39,630 nucleotides of DNA from positions 1 through 39,630 of the forward strand of contig JAYEMF010000089.1 of assembly GCA_034717975.1 (NCBI GenBank). Direction: 5' to 3'. Shown one piece after another: positions 1-9,094 of this stretch (its first letter is position 1; every line of letters starts with the position of its first letter). The notes under the pieces are model-generated. The model saw only the letters and a list, made by a program, of their open reading frames with translations. It did not search any database and was not told the DNA's origin. This DNA is from Campylobacterota bacterium (GTDB lineage: Bacteria > Campylobacterota > Campylobacteria > Campylobacterales > Sulfurimonadaceae). A program made the translations under genes and the position numbers.

Positions 1-123
1 CATACATGTCCGTGAGTCTGCGTTAGAACCTTGCCACCGTAGCCCTGCTACGCTGACAAGAACCTGCCTTGATCACGAAAATGTATGTAACGCTGATGAT
101 ATCCAGGGTTTTTAGAGGTGCCC
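1..123 (+). mobile_element. MITE-like structured repeat, copy 1 (3' part, truncated by window start)
   Basis: Identical to 20607-20729. Ends in the terminal inverted repeat CTGATGATATCCAGGGTTTTTAGAGGTGCCC, followed by TTAA. Confidence 0.9.
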
Positions 124-150
124 TTAACCACTTTTGGTTATTATGCGCCT

Positions 151-360
151 ATGGAAAAGAGAAAACAGCAACTAATACACGATATTGAAAACCTGCTAAA
201 CAGCTATGAGGGTGGTTCGGTAACGACCATTGATGCGAATATGCTGGAGTTTATGGACGAAGCATCACTCAAGAGCATCATCGACTCCCTGCTCCGCCAG
301 AAAGAGAAAACGGTCGAGTCCAATTCAGATTGGCTCGAACAGTTTAAGAAGTATGACTAG
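151..360 (+). CDS. Small hypothetical protein (69 aa)
   Basis: ORF MEKRKQQLIHDIENLL... The ATG at 151 is preferred because the GTG at 118 lies inside the repeat end. TATTAT at 139-144 is 6 nt upstream and there is no SD. Confidence 0.7.
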   Translation: MEKRKQQLIHDIENLLNSYEGGSVTTIDANMLEFMDEASLKSIIDSLLRQKEKTVESNSDWLEQFKKYD

Positions 361-866
361 CGTGCATCCTTGATCGCTTCGATTGCCGCTTCATAATTAG
401 GCTCATCAGTTACTTCAGGAACGATCTCTTTGTAAACGACTTCTCCGTTTCTATCAATGACAAAAACTGCTCTTGCACTCAGTCCTTTGAGTTTGTTATC
501 TACCATTAAAACACCGTAGGCTTTACTGACTGCTTTATCGATATAATCAGATACAACAGTCAGATTGGCGATCCCTTCCGTTGAACAAAATCGGTCTGAT
601 GCAAATGGCAGGTCCATAGAGATGACAGTTGTTTCACAAATATCGAGATTATTGACCTCCACATTGAAGCGCCGTGTTTCAGCAGCACAGGTAGCGGTAT
701 CGAGTGATGGTACCATGACAAGGAGCTGAATGCTGTCTTTTGCGCCCCCTACTTCCACATCGCTCAGATCAGTACCAGTGGCAATGACTTCCGGCGCTTT
801 ATCTCCTACATTGAGATCATTTCCTTCGAGATTGACGACTGTGCCTTTAAAATTCGTTGTTCCCAT
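357..866 (-). CDS. tpx: Thiol peroxidase (atypical 2-Cys peroxiredoxin)
   Basis: VPSLDTATC, DLPFA..RFC and ARAVFVID motifs. The ATG at 866 is preceded by SD AAGGGAG. Confidence 0.92.
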   Translation of the reverse strand: MGTTNFKGTVVNLEGNDLNVGDKAPEVIATGTDLSDVEVGGAKDSIQLLVMVPSLDTATCAAETRRFNVEVNNLDICETTVISMDLPFASDRFCSTEGIANLTVVSDYIDKAVSKAYGVLMVDNKLKGLSARAVFVIDRNGEVVYKEIVPEVTDEPNYEAAIEAIKDAR

Positions 867-988
867 ATAACTCTCCCTTTTTTTATCTAAATAATATACC
901 TTAGATGGGCAAAAAAATCTCTTATTGTGCATCCCTAACACTTCTCCAACACACTACCGTTACAATAATTATCAAAAAGGAGTCCAAA

Positions 989-1257
989 ATGAGATTAGTA
1001 ATGATAATAGCGAGTTTATTGATGTTAGGCATGCATGCTAATGCAGCGGCTTTTGAAAAGAGTGTATCAGGACGCTCTGGCAGTGCGGTTATCACAACTG
1101 AAAAGCAGATAATCGTGGGTGTCAATACACTCAGAGTTCATCTAGAGCAGCAAGGAAAAGCTGTTGAGGGTGAAGTGATGGTCAAGGTATTTATGCCGGC
1201 AATGCCCCTACTATTATAGAAGAGAAGGCCGTTGCCAAAGCATTGGGCAAAGGTTGA
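989..1257 (+). pseudogene. Probable frameshifted and truncated YtkA/FixH-like secreted protein
   Basis: SD AAGGAG, signal peptide and VKVFMPAMP, then a stop at 1219. A plausible continuation (EEKAVAKALGKG) is in another frame and stops at 1257. Confidence 0.5.
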
Positions 1258-1482
1258 CCTTCATTCAAGTGAGCAGAAGGGAACAACATTGCACTTTGAT
1301 TTGAAGAAGTAGTCAAATATTGTCAAAAATAATCACATTAATTAACGTTGTTATCTAAGGTTACTGTAAAGCTTGTTTATTTATAATGTCACAGATATTA
1401 ACAAACATATAAAAATGGTTTATTTTACAAAATATTATTGTTTTGAATTATTAATCGTTAACTACATATAAGGAATTTAAAA

Positions 1483-2031
1483 ATGGCGAATATCGATCTT
1501 GTTAACCTGACAGAACAGACAAAAAAACTGACTGCAATGGTAGTTGAAGATGAGGCAGTAGCAAACGAACTGCTCAGCTCTACATTTAAAAACTTCTTTA
1601 GTGATGTATCATCTGCATTCAACGGTAAAGAAGCATTGGACCTTTACGAAGAGAAAAAACCTGACATTATCTTTGTAGATATCATCATGCCAGAGATGGA
1701 TGGGATTGAACTCTCCCGTAAGATCCGTGAGATGAATCCAAATCAGATCATTATCGTTATTTCAGCAAGCAACGATATCCAGAAGATCTCAGAATCTATC
1801 GAAATCGGTGTTAACAGCTTCATCCAGAAGCCAATCGATACAAAAAAGATCATTGAACTCTTGACTAATGTTACAGCTATGATCTCGAAAAAGAAAAAAG
1901 TAGAAACTAAAACTTTCTCTATCTCTCTACCACTTGACCTCTATGAGTCTGTAGATGAGAATGCTAAATCAGAAAGCATCTCTAAGAATGCAGTGATTAT
2001 CCGCGCACTACGCGATTTCTACGTTGACTAA
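1483..2031 (+). CDS. Response regulator: receiver domain plus C-terminal ribbon-helix-helix-like domain
   Basis: VVEDE, IIFVDIIMPEMDG, SA and KP receiver motifs. C-terminus is KTFSISLPLDLYESVDENAKSESISKNAVIIRAL. SD AAGGA. Confidence 0.85.
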   Translation: MANIDLVNLTEQTKKLTAMVVEDEAVANELLSSTFKNFFSDVSSAFNGKEALDLYEEKKPDIIFVDIIMPEMDGIELSRKIREMNPNQIIIVISASNDIQKISESIEIGVNSFIQKPIDTKKIIELLTNVTAMISKKKKVETKTFSISLPLDLYESVDENAKSESISKNAVIIRALRDFYVD

Positions 2032-2034
2032 CTC

Positions 2035-2066
2035 CTTCTCCTTTCGGGAGAAGACTCTCTTTTTTT
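2035..2066 (+). terminator. Probable intrinsic terminator
   Basis: CTTCTCC-tttcg-GGAGAAG hairpin followed by a pyrimidine/T run just after the stop codon. Confidence 0.65.
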
Positions 2067-2144
2067 CAAAAAACAGTACTTTTCAATAATTTTTAAGTGT
2101 TGAAAACATATAATTTCGGCTCAAGAAAGCCATTTCTTACAAAT

Positions 2145-2219
2145 GGCCCCATCATCTAATGGTTAGGATTCAAGGTTTTCATCCTTGCCATAGGGGTTCG
2201 AATCCCCTTGGGGTCACCA
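2145..2219 (+). tRNA. tRNA-Glu (anticodon TTC)
   Basis: Acceptor stem GGCCCCA/TGGGGTC, anticodon arm CAAGG-TTTTCAT-CCTTG, T-loop GGTTCGAATCC and encoded CCA. TATAAT at 2109-2114. Confidence 0.97.
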
Positions 2220-2323
2220 ATTTTTACTCACAACACCCCTCTTCTTTACATGAATTTCAAATGATCTAGCTACTATTAATTACTATAGTCATAGAATGTC
2301 ACTATTCATCCAAAGGAAACATA

Positions 2324-2617
2324 ATGAAAAAACTCTTTTTACTACTACTATTTGCAGCAAGTCTTATGGCTGGCGACTTAGGAAAAGCACTTGAAGCAGC
2401 CAAAAAAGGTGATTATGAAACTGCAGTTTCATTATGGAAACCATTGGCTGAGCAAGGTGAGGCAGGTGCACAGTACAATCTTGCAGTATCATACTGTCTT
2501 GGCAATGGTGTTGAAAAGGACCTGAAGGAATGTGCTTACTGGGCTAAAAAAGCGTACCAAAACGGAAGAGACACTTCAAGGCTTTGGAATGATTTTGACC
2601 TTAAGAGTCATCAATAG
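2324..2617 (+). CDS. Secreted Sel1-repeat protein
   Basis: Signal peptide. LAEQGEAGAQYNLAVSYCLGNGVEKD..AYWAKKA is a Sel1 repeat. SD AAGGA. Confidence 0.85.
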   Translation: MKKLFLLLLFAASLMAGDLGKALEAAKKGDYETAVSLWKPLAEQGEAGAQYNLAVSYCLGNGVEKDLKECAYWAKKAYQNGRDTSRLWNDFDLKSHQ

Positions 2618-2814
2618 ACTTTGTTCGATAGATGATTAAAAATTAATCACTCTCAATCTGATAACGATTAAAAATTATTATACAATTTTGATGTCGATAT
2701 CGAATAAGGCTGCCTGATGGTCCTTTTTCATTCATTTCTACATTCAGGTTCTTCTCCTCAAGATCAAATCTTACCTTATTGATATTGACCAAAGAAGTCT
2801 GCAGATTCTCCTTA

Positions 2815-3324
2815 TCACTTAGCCCACCATATCCGTAGATACAGGCCGATCGCAGAGGTATACCCTACTTCGGTAAATGCGAGGTTGCCTTCACTGTCAT
2901 AGATGAAAGTTGTTGGATAGGCAGCTACAGAAAACCTATCAGATAAACCCATCTCGTCATTCAACACTTTAAATGTCAGGTCGCGCTCTTTCATGTAGGT
3001 TGAAAGCTGAGTATTAGAACCTGATTTAACGGCTATACTGAGGACGGAGAAATGGTTGGCTACCCAGTCAATATTGCCGGCTTCAGTTTTACAGGTTGGA
3101 CACCAGGTGGCCCAAAAATGGATCATCAAAGGCTCTCCTTTTACAGAAGCAGTTGTAAAAGCTCTGTTATCGATAAGCGTTGCTTCGATTTCAGGAAGTG
3201 TTTGTGATGGAAGTTCCGGCCGCTTAAGGTAGCTGATGACATTTGCCATGACAATGATGATGACGAGTAGCTTTAACGTTTCAATCGAATAACGTTTAAG
3301 CTTGCTTATTAGTTTTTCTTTCAT
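2815..3324 (-). CDS. Membrane-anchored TlpA-like thioredoxin/redoxin
   Basis: N-terminal TM helix, HFWATWCPTC and YPTTF cis-Pro motif. Confidence 0.88.
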   Translation of the reverse strand: MKEKLISKLKRYSIETLKLLVIIIVMANVISYLKRPELPSQTLPEIEATLIDNRAFTTASVKGEPLMIHFWATWCPTCKTEAGNIDWVANHFSVLSIAVKSGSNTQLSTYMKERDLTFKVLNDEMGLSDRFSVAAYPTTFIYDSEGNLAFTEVGYTSAIGLYLRIWWAK

Positions 3325-3537
3325 ATTTGACTCGATTTGTCACTCATCGCTCTATTGTCTTCCATGCATCACACTCATCTTGAATCGATATCAAGGAGTA
3401 GAAGTTTGAGAAGAATATTGTAGGTAAAACAACAGATGCAAGTGACATTTTCCTAGATTTTCGTGATTTTTACCGGCCATGATTCCTGGATAGCCTCTAA
3501 AATAAACAGTTTACCCTATGTTCTATAATAACTGATT

Positions 3538-3546
3538 TGATAAAAT
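3538..3546 (+). promoter_or_regulatory. Extended -10 promoter for glnS
   Basis: TG-A-TAAAAT, 41 nt upstream of the ATG. Confidence 0.55.
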
Positions 3547-3587
3547 GCGGTTCTTAATACACTTTCAGCATCAAAAGGTTCATAATA

Positions 3588-5849
3588 ATGAGTGAGCACA
3601 AAGATTTTTTACGTACAACAGTTGATCAGGACTTGAAATCAGGTAAATATAAAGAGGTGGTCACAAGATTTCCTCCGGAGCCTAATGGATTCCCACACAT
3701 TGGACACGCCAAATCTATCATAATCAATTTTGGTATCGCCAGTGACTTCAATGGTCACTGTTACCTTAGAATGGATGATACAAATCCAACTACTGAAGAC
3801 ACGAGATATGTAGAGGCTCTTAAAGATGCTGTACAGTGGCTTGGATTTGACTGGGGAGATAATGTACATTTTACTTCCAACTATTTCCCTGAACTATACG
3901 ATTATGCCATTGAACTTATTAAAATGGGCAAGGCATACGTTGATAGTCTGGACGAAGATGAGATACGTGAATATAGAGGGACTGTTACAGAGCCCGGAAA
4001 ACGCAGTAAATATGCCCAACGCAGTGTTGAAGAGAACCTGGACCTTTTTGAAAGAATGAAAAATGGTGAGTTTAAAGACGGTGAACATGTGCTAAGAGCC
4101 AAGATCGATATGTCTGCTGCCAATATGAAAATGAGGGATCCGCTTCTGTATCGCATCAGACACGCCCACCATTATAGAGCGGGGGACGAGTGGAATGTTT
4201 ACCCGATGTATGACTTTGCTCACTGTTTGTCTGACTATCTTGAAGGGATTTCCCACTCTCTTTGTACCCTGGAGTTTGAAAACAACCGTGAGATTTATGA
4301 CTGGGTACTTGACACGCTTGGGCTTGAAATGCCACGCCCTTACCAGTATGAGTTTGCGAGACTGGGTATTAACTATACGGTTATGAGTAAAAGAAAGCTT
4401 TTAGAATTGGTAGAAGGTGGACAAGTCAGTGGCTGGGATGATCCTCGTTTGCCTACGATTGCCGGATACAGACGAAGAGGTTATACGCCGGAATCTATTT
4501 TAAACTTTTGCGATCAGATAGGGATAGCAAAAGCAAACTCAATGGTTGATGTTTCACAACTTGAATTTTGTATCAGAGATGATCTGAATAAAAAAGTACC
4601 GCGTGTGCTGGCGGTGCTTGACCCGCTAAAAGTAACTATCGAAAATTATGAAGGTCACGAAGAGATTGATGCTCCATACTACCCCCATGATGTACCTAAA
4701 GAGGGTTCAAGAAAGATACCTTTCTCAAAAGAGATATATATTGAGCGTGATGACTTTATGGAGAATCCTCCAAAAGGTTACTACCGTCTTACCCCTGAAC
4801 AGCCGGTAAGACTTAGACATGGTTACATTATCACTTGTAAGGAAGTCATTAAAGATGCTAGCGGCAATATCGTAGAGATAAAAGCGCAATATCACCCTGA
4901 CTCTAAAAGTGGCTCAGACAGTAGCGGTATCAAAGTAAAAAGTGCTATTCAGTGGGTGAGTGCTAAAGAGGCTAAAACGGTAGAAGTAAGACTGTATGAC
5001 AGACTATACTCCTCAGAGACTCCGGAAGGGTTGGAGGACTTAAACCCTCACTCTCTACAAGTTATTAAAAATGCCCTTATTGAACCTGCTGTAATAACCG
5101 AGAAACCTGATGAGAGATTCCAGTTTGAAAGACAGGGGTATTTTTATACTGACCCTATTGACTACACTGATGAAAAACCTGTATTTAATAAAATTGTCGG
5201 TCTTAAAGACTCTTGGGGAAAAAAGAAAAAAGCACCCAAGAGCGAACCTAAGCCTCAAGCTAAAAAAGTACAAGTAGATGGTGAAGTAGCACCTATGAGT
5301 GATCACGAACAAACACTATTTGACAAGTACACTGGTGAGCTTGGACTAAACAGCGAAGTAGCTAATACGCTAGCGCGTGATGAGAAACTGTCTTCTTTTT
5401 ATGAAGAGGCACAATCAGTTCTTAATAGTCCTGTAGGTCTAGCTAACATTGTGGCAAATGAAGTAGCTAGAGAACTAAAAGAAAAACAATCAGATGAACT
5501 GAAATTTAATGCTGCGCAGATAGCTGAGCTAGTTAAAATGGTTGATGATGGGACTATTTCAAGCAAGATTGCCAAACAAGTATTTGAAGAGATGACTAAA
5601 ACAGGAGAAAATCCAATACAAATAGTTGAAGATAAAGGGCTTGTACAGATAAGTGACCCTGCTGAAATTTCACCTATTATCGATGAAATAATTGCAAAAA
5701 ATCCAGACAATGTTGATAAGTTTAAAGCAGGTAACACCAAGCTTTTAGGCTTCTTTGTGGGGCAAGTACTAAAAACCACAGGGGGCAAAGCAAACCCGAA
5801 GGTCGTGAATGAGCTTGTAGCTGAGAAGTTATCTTCACTCGGTTTTTAG
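3588..5849 (+). CDS. glnS: Glutamine--tRNA ligase with C-terminal GatB/YqeY domain
   Basis: TRFPPEPNG, HIGH, VMSKRK, GWDDPR and QFERQGYF motifs. The C-terminal extension has ISSKIAKQVF, GLVQISD and GFFVGQVLKTTGGKANP, typical of GatB/YqeY. Confidence 0.95.
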   Translation: MSEHKDFLRTTVDQDLKSGKYKEVVTRFPPEPNGFPHIGHAKSIIINFGIASDFNGHCYLRMDDTNPTTEDTRYVEALKDAVQWLGFDWGDNVHFTSNYFPELYDYAIELIKMGKAYVDSLDEDEIREYRGTVTEPGKRSKYAQRSVEENLDLFERMKNGEFKDGEHVLRAKIDMSAANMKMRDPLLYRIRHAHHYRAGDEWNVYPMYDFAHCLSDYLEGISHSLCTLEFENNREIYDWVLDTLGLEMPRPYQYEFARLGINYTVMSKRKLLELVEGGQVSGWDDPRLPTIAGYRRRGYTPESILNFCDQIGIAKANSMVDVSQLEFCIRDDLNKKVPRVLAVLDPLKVTIENYEGHEEIDAPYYPHDVPKEGSRKIPFSKEIYIERDDFMENPPKGYYRLTPEQPVRLRHGYIITCKEVIKDASGNIVEIKAQYHPDSKSGSDSSGIKVKSAIQWVSAKEAKTVEVRLYDRLYSSETPEGLEDLNPHSLQVIKNALIEPAVITEKPDERFQFERQGYFYTDPIDYTDEKPVFNKIVGLKDSWGKKKKAPKSEPKPQAKKVQVDGEVAPMSDHEQTLFDKYTGELGLNSEVANTLARDEKLSSFYEEAQSVLNSPVGLANIVANEVARELKEKQSDELKFNAAQIAELVKMVDDGTISSKIAKQVFEEMTKTGENPIQIVEDKGLVQISDPAEISPIIDEIIAKNPDNVDKFKAGNTKLLGFFVGQVLKTTGGKANPKVVNELVAEKLSSLGF

Positions 5850-5857
5850 TTCCAAAC

Positions 5858-5866
5858 TGGTAAAAT
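5858..5866 (+). promoter_or_regulatory. Extended -10 promoter for the gltX2-yggT-slt operon
   Basis: TG-G-TAAAAT followed by SD GGAG before ATG 5890. Confidence 0.6.
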
Positions 5867-5889
5867 CGCGAAAAAACTATGGAGCTGCA

Positions 5890-7188
5890 ATGTTGCGTTT
5901 CGCACCTTCCCCCACCGGTGATATGAATATCGGGAGCCTCCGTGTCGCCATCTTCAACTCACTGATATCGAAACAGCGAAATGAACCGATGATCGTTCGC
6001 ATCGAAGATACTGATACCGAGCGTAATATTGAAGGCAAAGATAAAGAGATCCTTGACCTTCTTGGACTGTTCAACATCGAATACACGGATGTAATCCATC
6101 AGAGCAATCATCTTCGTTATCATCGAACCATGGCCATTCAACTGTTACACGAGAAACAGGCTTTTAACTGCTTTTGTACACCGGCAGAGCTTGATAAAAA
6201 ACGTGAACTGGCCAAAGCCGACAAGGTCGCGTTCCGATATGATGACGCCTGCCGCCATCTTACTCCGGAAGAGACGATCGATAATGAGAACCCGTTTACC
6301 ATTCGTCTTGTCAAGCCTGCAAATGCTGTTGTCGTTAACGATAAAGTAAAAGGCGAGATCAGTTTTGATCCTGACGACATCGACAGTTTTATCATTATGG
6401 GTGCCGAAAAACACCCGACATACAACTTTGCCTGTGCTGTAGATGATATGATCAGTGATATATCACTTGTTATCCGGGATGAAGACCATATGAGCAACAC
6501 GCCTAAGCAGATTACAGTACGTGATGCGCTGGGGTATGACAAAAAGATTGAATATGCCCACTTGCCGACCATCCTTAATGATGAGGGAAAAAAGATGAGC
6601 ATGAGTGACGATGCGTCAAACGTCAAGTGGCTGCTTGAGGAGGGTTACCTGCCTGAAGCGATTGCCAACTACCTGATTCTGATCGGGAATAAACCACCGC
6701 AGGAGATCTTCACAGTGGAAGAAGCGGTGTCGTGGTTTGATCTTGAAAGTATTTCAAAGGCCCCTGCCCGTTTCGACACGGATAAACTGAAGTTCATCAA
6801 CCGTGAGCACCTCAAACGTATGGATGTCAAAGAGCTGTCACGTTATGTCGGTTTTGCTGATGACGACATCGGTCAGATCGCCCGTATCTATCTTGAAGAG
6901 GCGGATACGCTTAAGGAGCTGCGTTCTAAAATCGAGCCGATCTTTGCCGAAAAGCAGGTTCCCGAAGCCTTTAATGAAGCTGCTGAAAAACTGAAAACCG
7001 CAATGCAGTCGGCTCCGTTCTTTGAAGAGTTTGATGACTTTAAAAACTATCTTATCAAAGAGACCGGTCTAAAGGGGGAATTCTTTTCTAAACCGGTTCG
7101 TCTTCTACTGACAGGTACTGAACATGGTCCTGAGCTGGCAGACATTTACAAATATCTTAAAAACTATCTTGGGGAGATCGTCAAATGA
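5890..7188 (+). CDS. gltX2: Glutamate--tRNA ligase 2 (GluRS2 type) with divergent catalytic motifs
   Basis: MLRFAPSPTGDM, RIEDTD, PTYNFACAVDD and SNTPKQ motifs. Same gltX2-yggT-slt order as in Helicobacter/Campylobacter. Confidence 0.9.
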   Translation: MLRFAPSPTGDMNIGSLRVAIFNSLISKQRNEPMIVRIEDTDTERNIEGKDKEILDLLGLFNIEYTDVIHQSNHLRYHRTMAIQLLHEKQAFNCFCTPAELDKKRELAKADKVAFRYDDACRHLTPEETIDNENPFTIRLVKPANAVVVNDKVKGEISFDPDDIDSFIIMGAEKHPTYNFACAVDDMISDISLVIRDEDHMSNTPKQITVRDALGYDKKIEYAHLPTILNDEGKKMSMSDDASNVKWLLEEGYLPEAIANYLILIGNKPPQEIFTVEEAVSWFDLESISKAPARFDTDKLKFINREHLKRMDVKELSRYVGFADDDIGQIARIYLEEADTLKELRSKIEPIFAEKQVPEAFNEAAEKLKTAMQSAPFFEEFDDFKNYLIKETGLKGEFFSKPVRLLLTGTEHGPELADIYKYLKNYLGEIVK

Positions 7189-7481
7189 GTACGCTAGGGA
7201 GCATTGTTTTAGGATTAGGTGGAATTATTCATTCATTGATTACGATCTATATCTGGGTGCTGATCATCGCCGCGGTGATCAGCTGGGTCCGTCCTGATCC
7301 ATATAACCCTATCGTGCAGATACTCGCACGCTTGACAGAGCCTGTCTATGCCCTGCTTCGTCAGCGTGTCTCTACTGTCTTTAACGGCATTGATCTTGCA
7401 CCGATCATCATTATTATCGGCCTTCAGATCATCGATGTTATTTTTGTCAATCTTATTAACGGACTTGCTGCATCATTATGA
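7185..7481 (+). CDS. yggT: YggT family membrane protein
   Basis: ISWVRPDPYNPIVQILARLTEP and GIDLAP motifs. ATGA overlap with gltX2. Confidence 0.9.
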   Translation: MSTLGSIVLGLGGIIHSLITIYIWVLIIAAVISWVRPDPYNPIVQILARLTEPVYALLRQRVSTVFNGIDLAPIIIIIGLQIIDVIFVNLINGLAASL

Positions 7482-9094
7482 TTCGCTTTTTAGCACCTCT
7501 GCTTGCTATTACCGTGCTTCATGGGTCAGTCACCCTTGAAGAGATCAATGAGAAGCCATCTGGTCACTTTAAAAATTTTCTTATATGGCAGTACCTTAAG
7601 CAGGATATTACACCGCAGCAAGCCGATCAGGCCTTTTATCAGGTCCGTCATGTAAACAAAAGATTTTTTAAAGCCTATGCTGAGAAAACGGATGATGAAA
7701 GTGTGAAATACACACTGGATTGCTGGAACCAAACCGCGCAACAGCTGTTCGATAACAGTAATGACGACTGTAGCAAACTTGCCCTCTCCCCCAATACAGC
7801 CGTGCAGTTGAGTATTGAAGAACGGCACACCCTCAGCAGGCGTTTTGCCGATACGACAGATGCCAAATGGCTCGCGATGCTCAGTGATACCAACATGTCA
7901 CAGAACCTTGAGTCTTTTGATGCTAAAACATTTTTAAAAGTCGCTAACGGCGCCGGCTCGCAATTTCGTTTAGAACATTTCAATCAGAGACTCTCTCCTG
8001 AGTTTACGGCAAAGCTGGAAGCGGCACCTGGGTTTTCAACCTTTGTGCGCCTGGTCATTATGGATGACAAGCTAAACCAGCTGCAGCGTGCCCTGCTGGA
8101 TGCACTCAGTATGAAAGCCAATGCGCAGACAAGCTTTTTTCTGGCGCTCAACCAGATCCGCTTCCATCAAAAACATGAAGCACTGCTGCTGCTTGAGAAG
8201 GTCTATGAAACAGCTTATTTTCGTATGGACAGAGACAAGGCGCTTTTCTGGAAATATCTGATCACTGATGATGTTGGCGTGCTCGAGAAGTTGAGTGAAA
8301 GCAGTGACCTGAATATCTACTCCATCTATGCCAAAGAGCTGTTGAAAAAACCCATCGACAACTATTTTACAAAACTTAAAACCAGTGACGAAAAAACAGA
8401 TCAGGACATTACCGACCCGCTAGTGTGGAAAAGTATCCTGGATGAGATCAGATCAACTCCGAAGGATGATCTTTTTAACCTTGCGACAAAGTATCAGAAC
8501 AGCTCGCTGATCGGCGTTCAGGGCTTTATCCTCGAGCGGGCTTCGGGCTATAGGATGCACAACTACATTATGCCGTATGAAAAATCGATGTCAGGCTTGA
8601 GCAGTGACGACAAGGCAGTGATGCTCTCACTGATGCGTCAGGAGAGCCATTTTATCCCCTCGGCACTTTCACGCTCCTATGCGCTTGGGCTTATGCAGCT
8701 GATGCCATTTCTTGTCGAGCACCTCGATAAAGAGTTTACGCAGGAACGAACATCGTTTAATGAGATGTTTGCCCCGGAAAGAAATATCGCGTATGCCACC
8801 AAACATCTGTCGTGGCTGCAAGACCGTCTCTACCATCCGCTTTTTATAGCCTATGCATACAATGGCGGCATAGGGTTTACCAAAAAACATCTGCTTAAAG
8901 GAACGTTTCGTCCAGGCAGGTATGAACCATTTCTGAGTATGGAGATGATGAGTAATTCCGAGAGTCGTGAGTATGGAAAAAAAGTATTGGCAAATTATGT
9001 GATCTATAAAAAGATTTTAGGCCATAGTGTCTCTATTGTTCATCTTTTCGATACGTTAACTCAGCCAAACCATACAGACCGCTTTCGAAAGTAA
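7478..9094 (+). CDS. slt: Soluble lytic murein transglycosylase
   Basis: Signal peptide. RQES, ALGLMQLMP, AYNGG and ESREY motifs of the SLT domain. Confidence 0.9.
   Translation: MIRFLAPLLAITVLHGSVTLEEINEKPSGHFKNFLIWQYLKQDITPQQADQAFYQVRHVNKRFFKAYAEKTDDESVKYTLDCWNQTAQQLFDNSNDDCSKLALSPNTAVQLSIEERHTLSRRFADTTDAKWLAMLSDTNMSQNLESFDAKTFLKVANGAGSQFRLEHFNQRLSPEFTAKLEAAPGFSTFVRLVIMDDKLNQLQRALLDALSMKANAQTSFFLALNQIRFHQKHEALLLLEKVYETAYFRMDRDKALFWKYLITDDVGVLEKLSESSDLNIYSIYAKELLKKPIDNYFTKLKTSDEKTDQDITDPLVWKSILDEIRSTPKDDLFNLATKYQNSSLIGVQGFILERASGYRMHNYIMPYEKSMSGLSSDDKAVMLSLMRQESHFIPSALSRSYALGLMQLMPFLVEHLDKEFTQERTSFNEMFAPERNIAYATKHLSWLQDRLYHPLFIAYAYNGGIGFTKKHLLKGTFRPGRYEPFLSMEMMSNSESREYGKKVLANYVIYKKILGHSVSIVHLFDTLTQPNHTDRFRK

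Noticed and set aside
2618..2814. Possible sigma28 promoter or sRNA (GTCGATAT at 2693-2700) between convergent genes
   Set aside because: No properly spaced -35 and no clear terminator or ORF, so it is too weak to support.
3325..3480. Short minus-strand ORFs (29-34 codons) upstream of the redoxin gene
   Set aside because: No convincing SD spacing or recognisable motif.
2145..3587. tRNA-Glu as an integration site for an island
   Set aside because: No integrase and no duplicated tRNA 3' end were noticed in the window.
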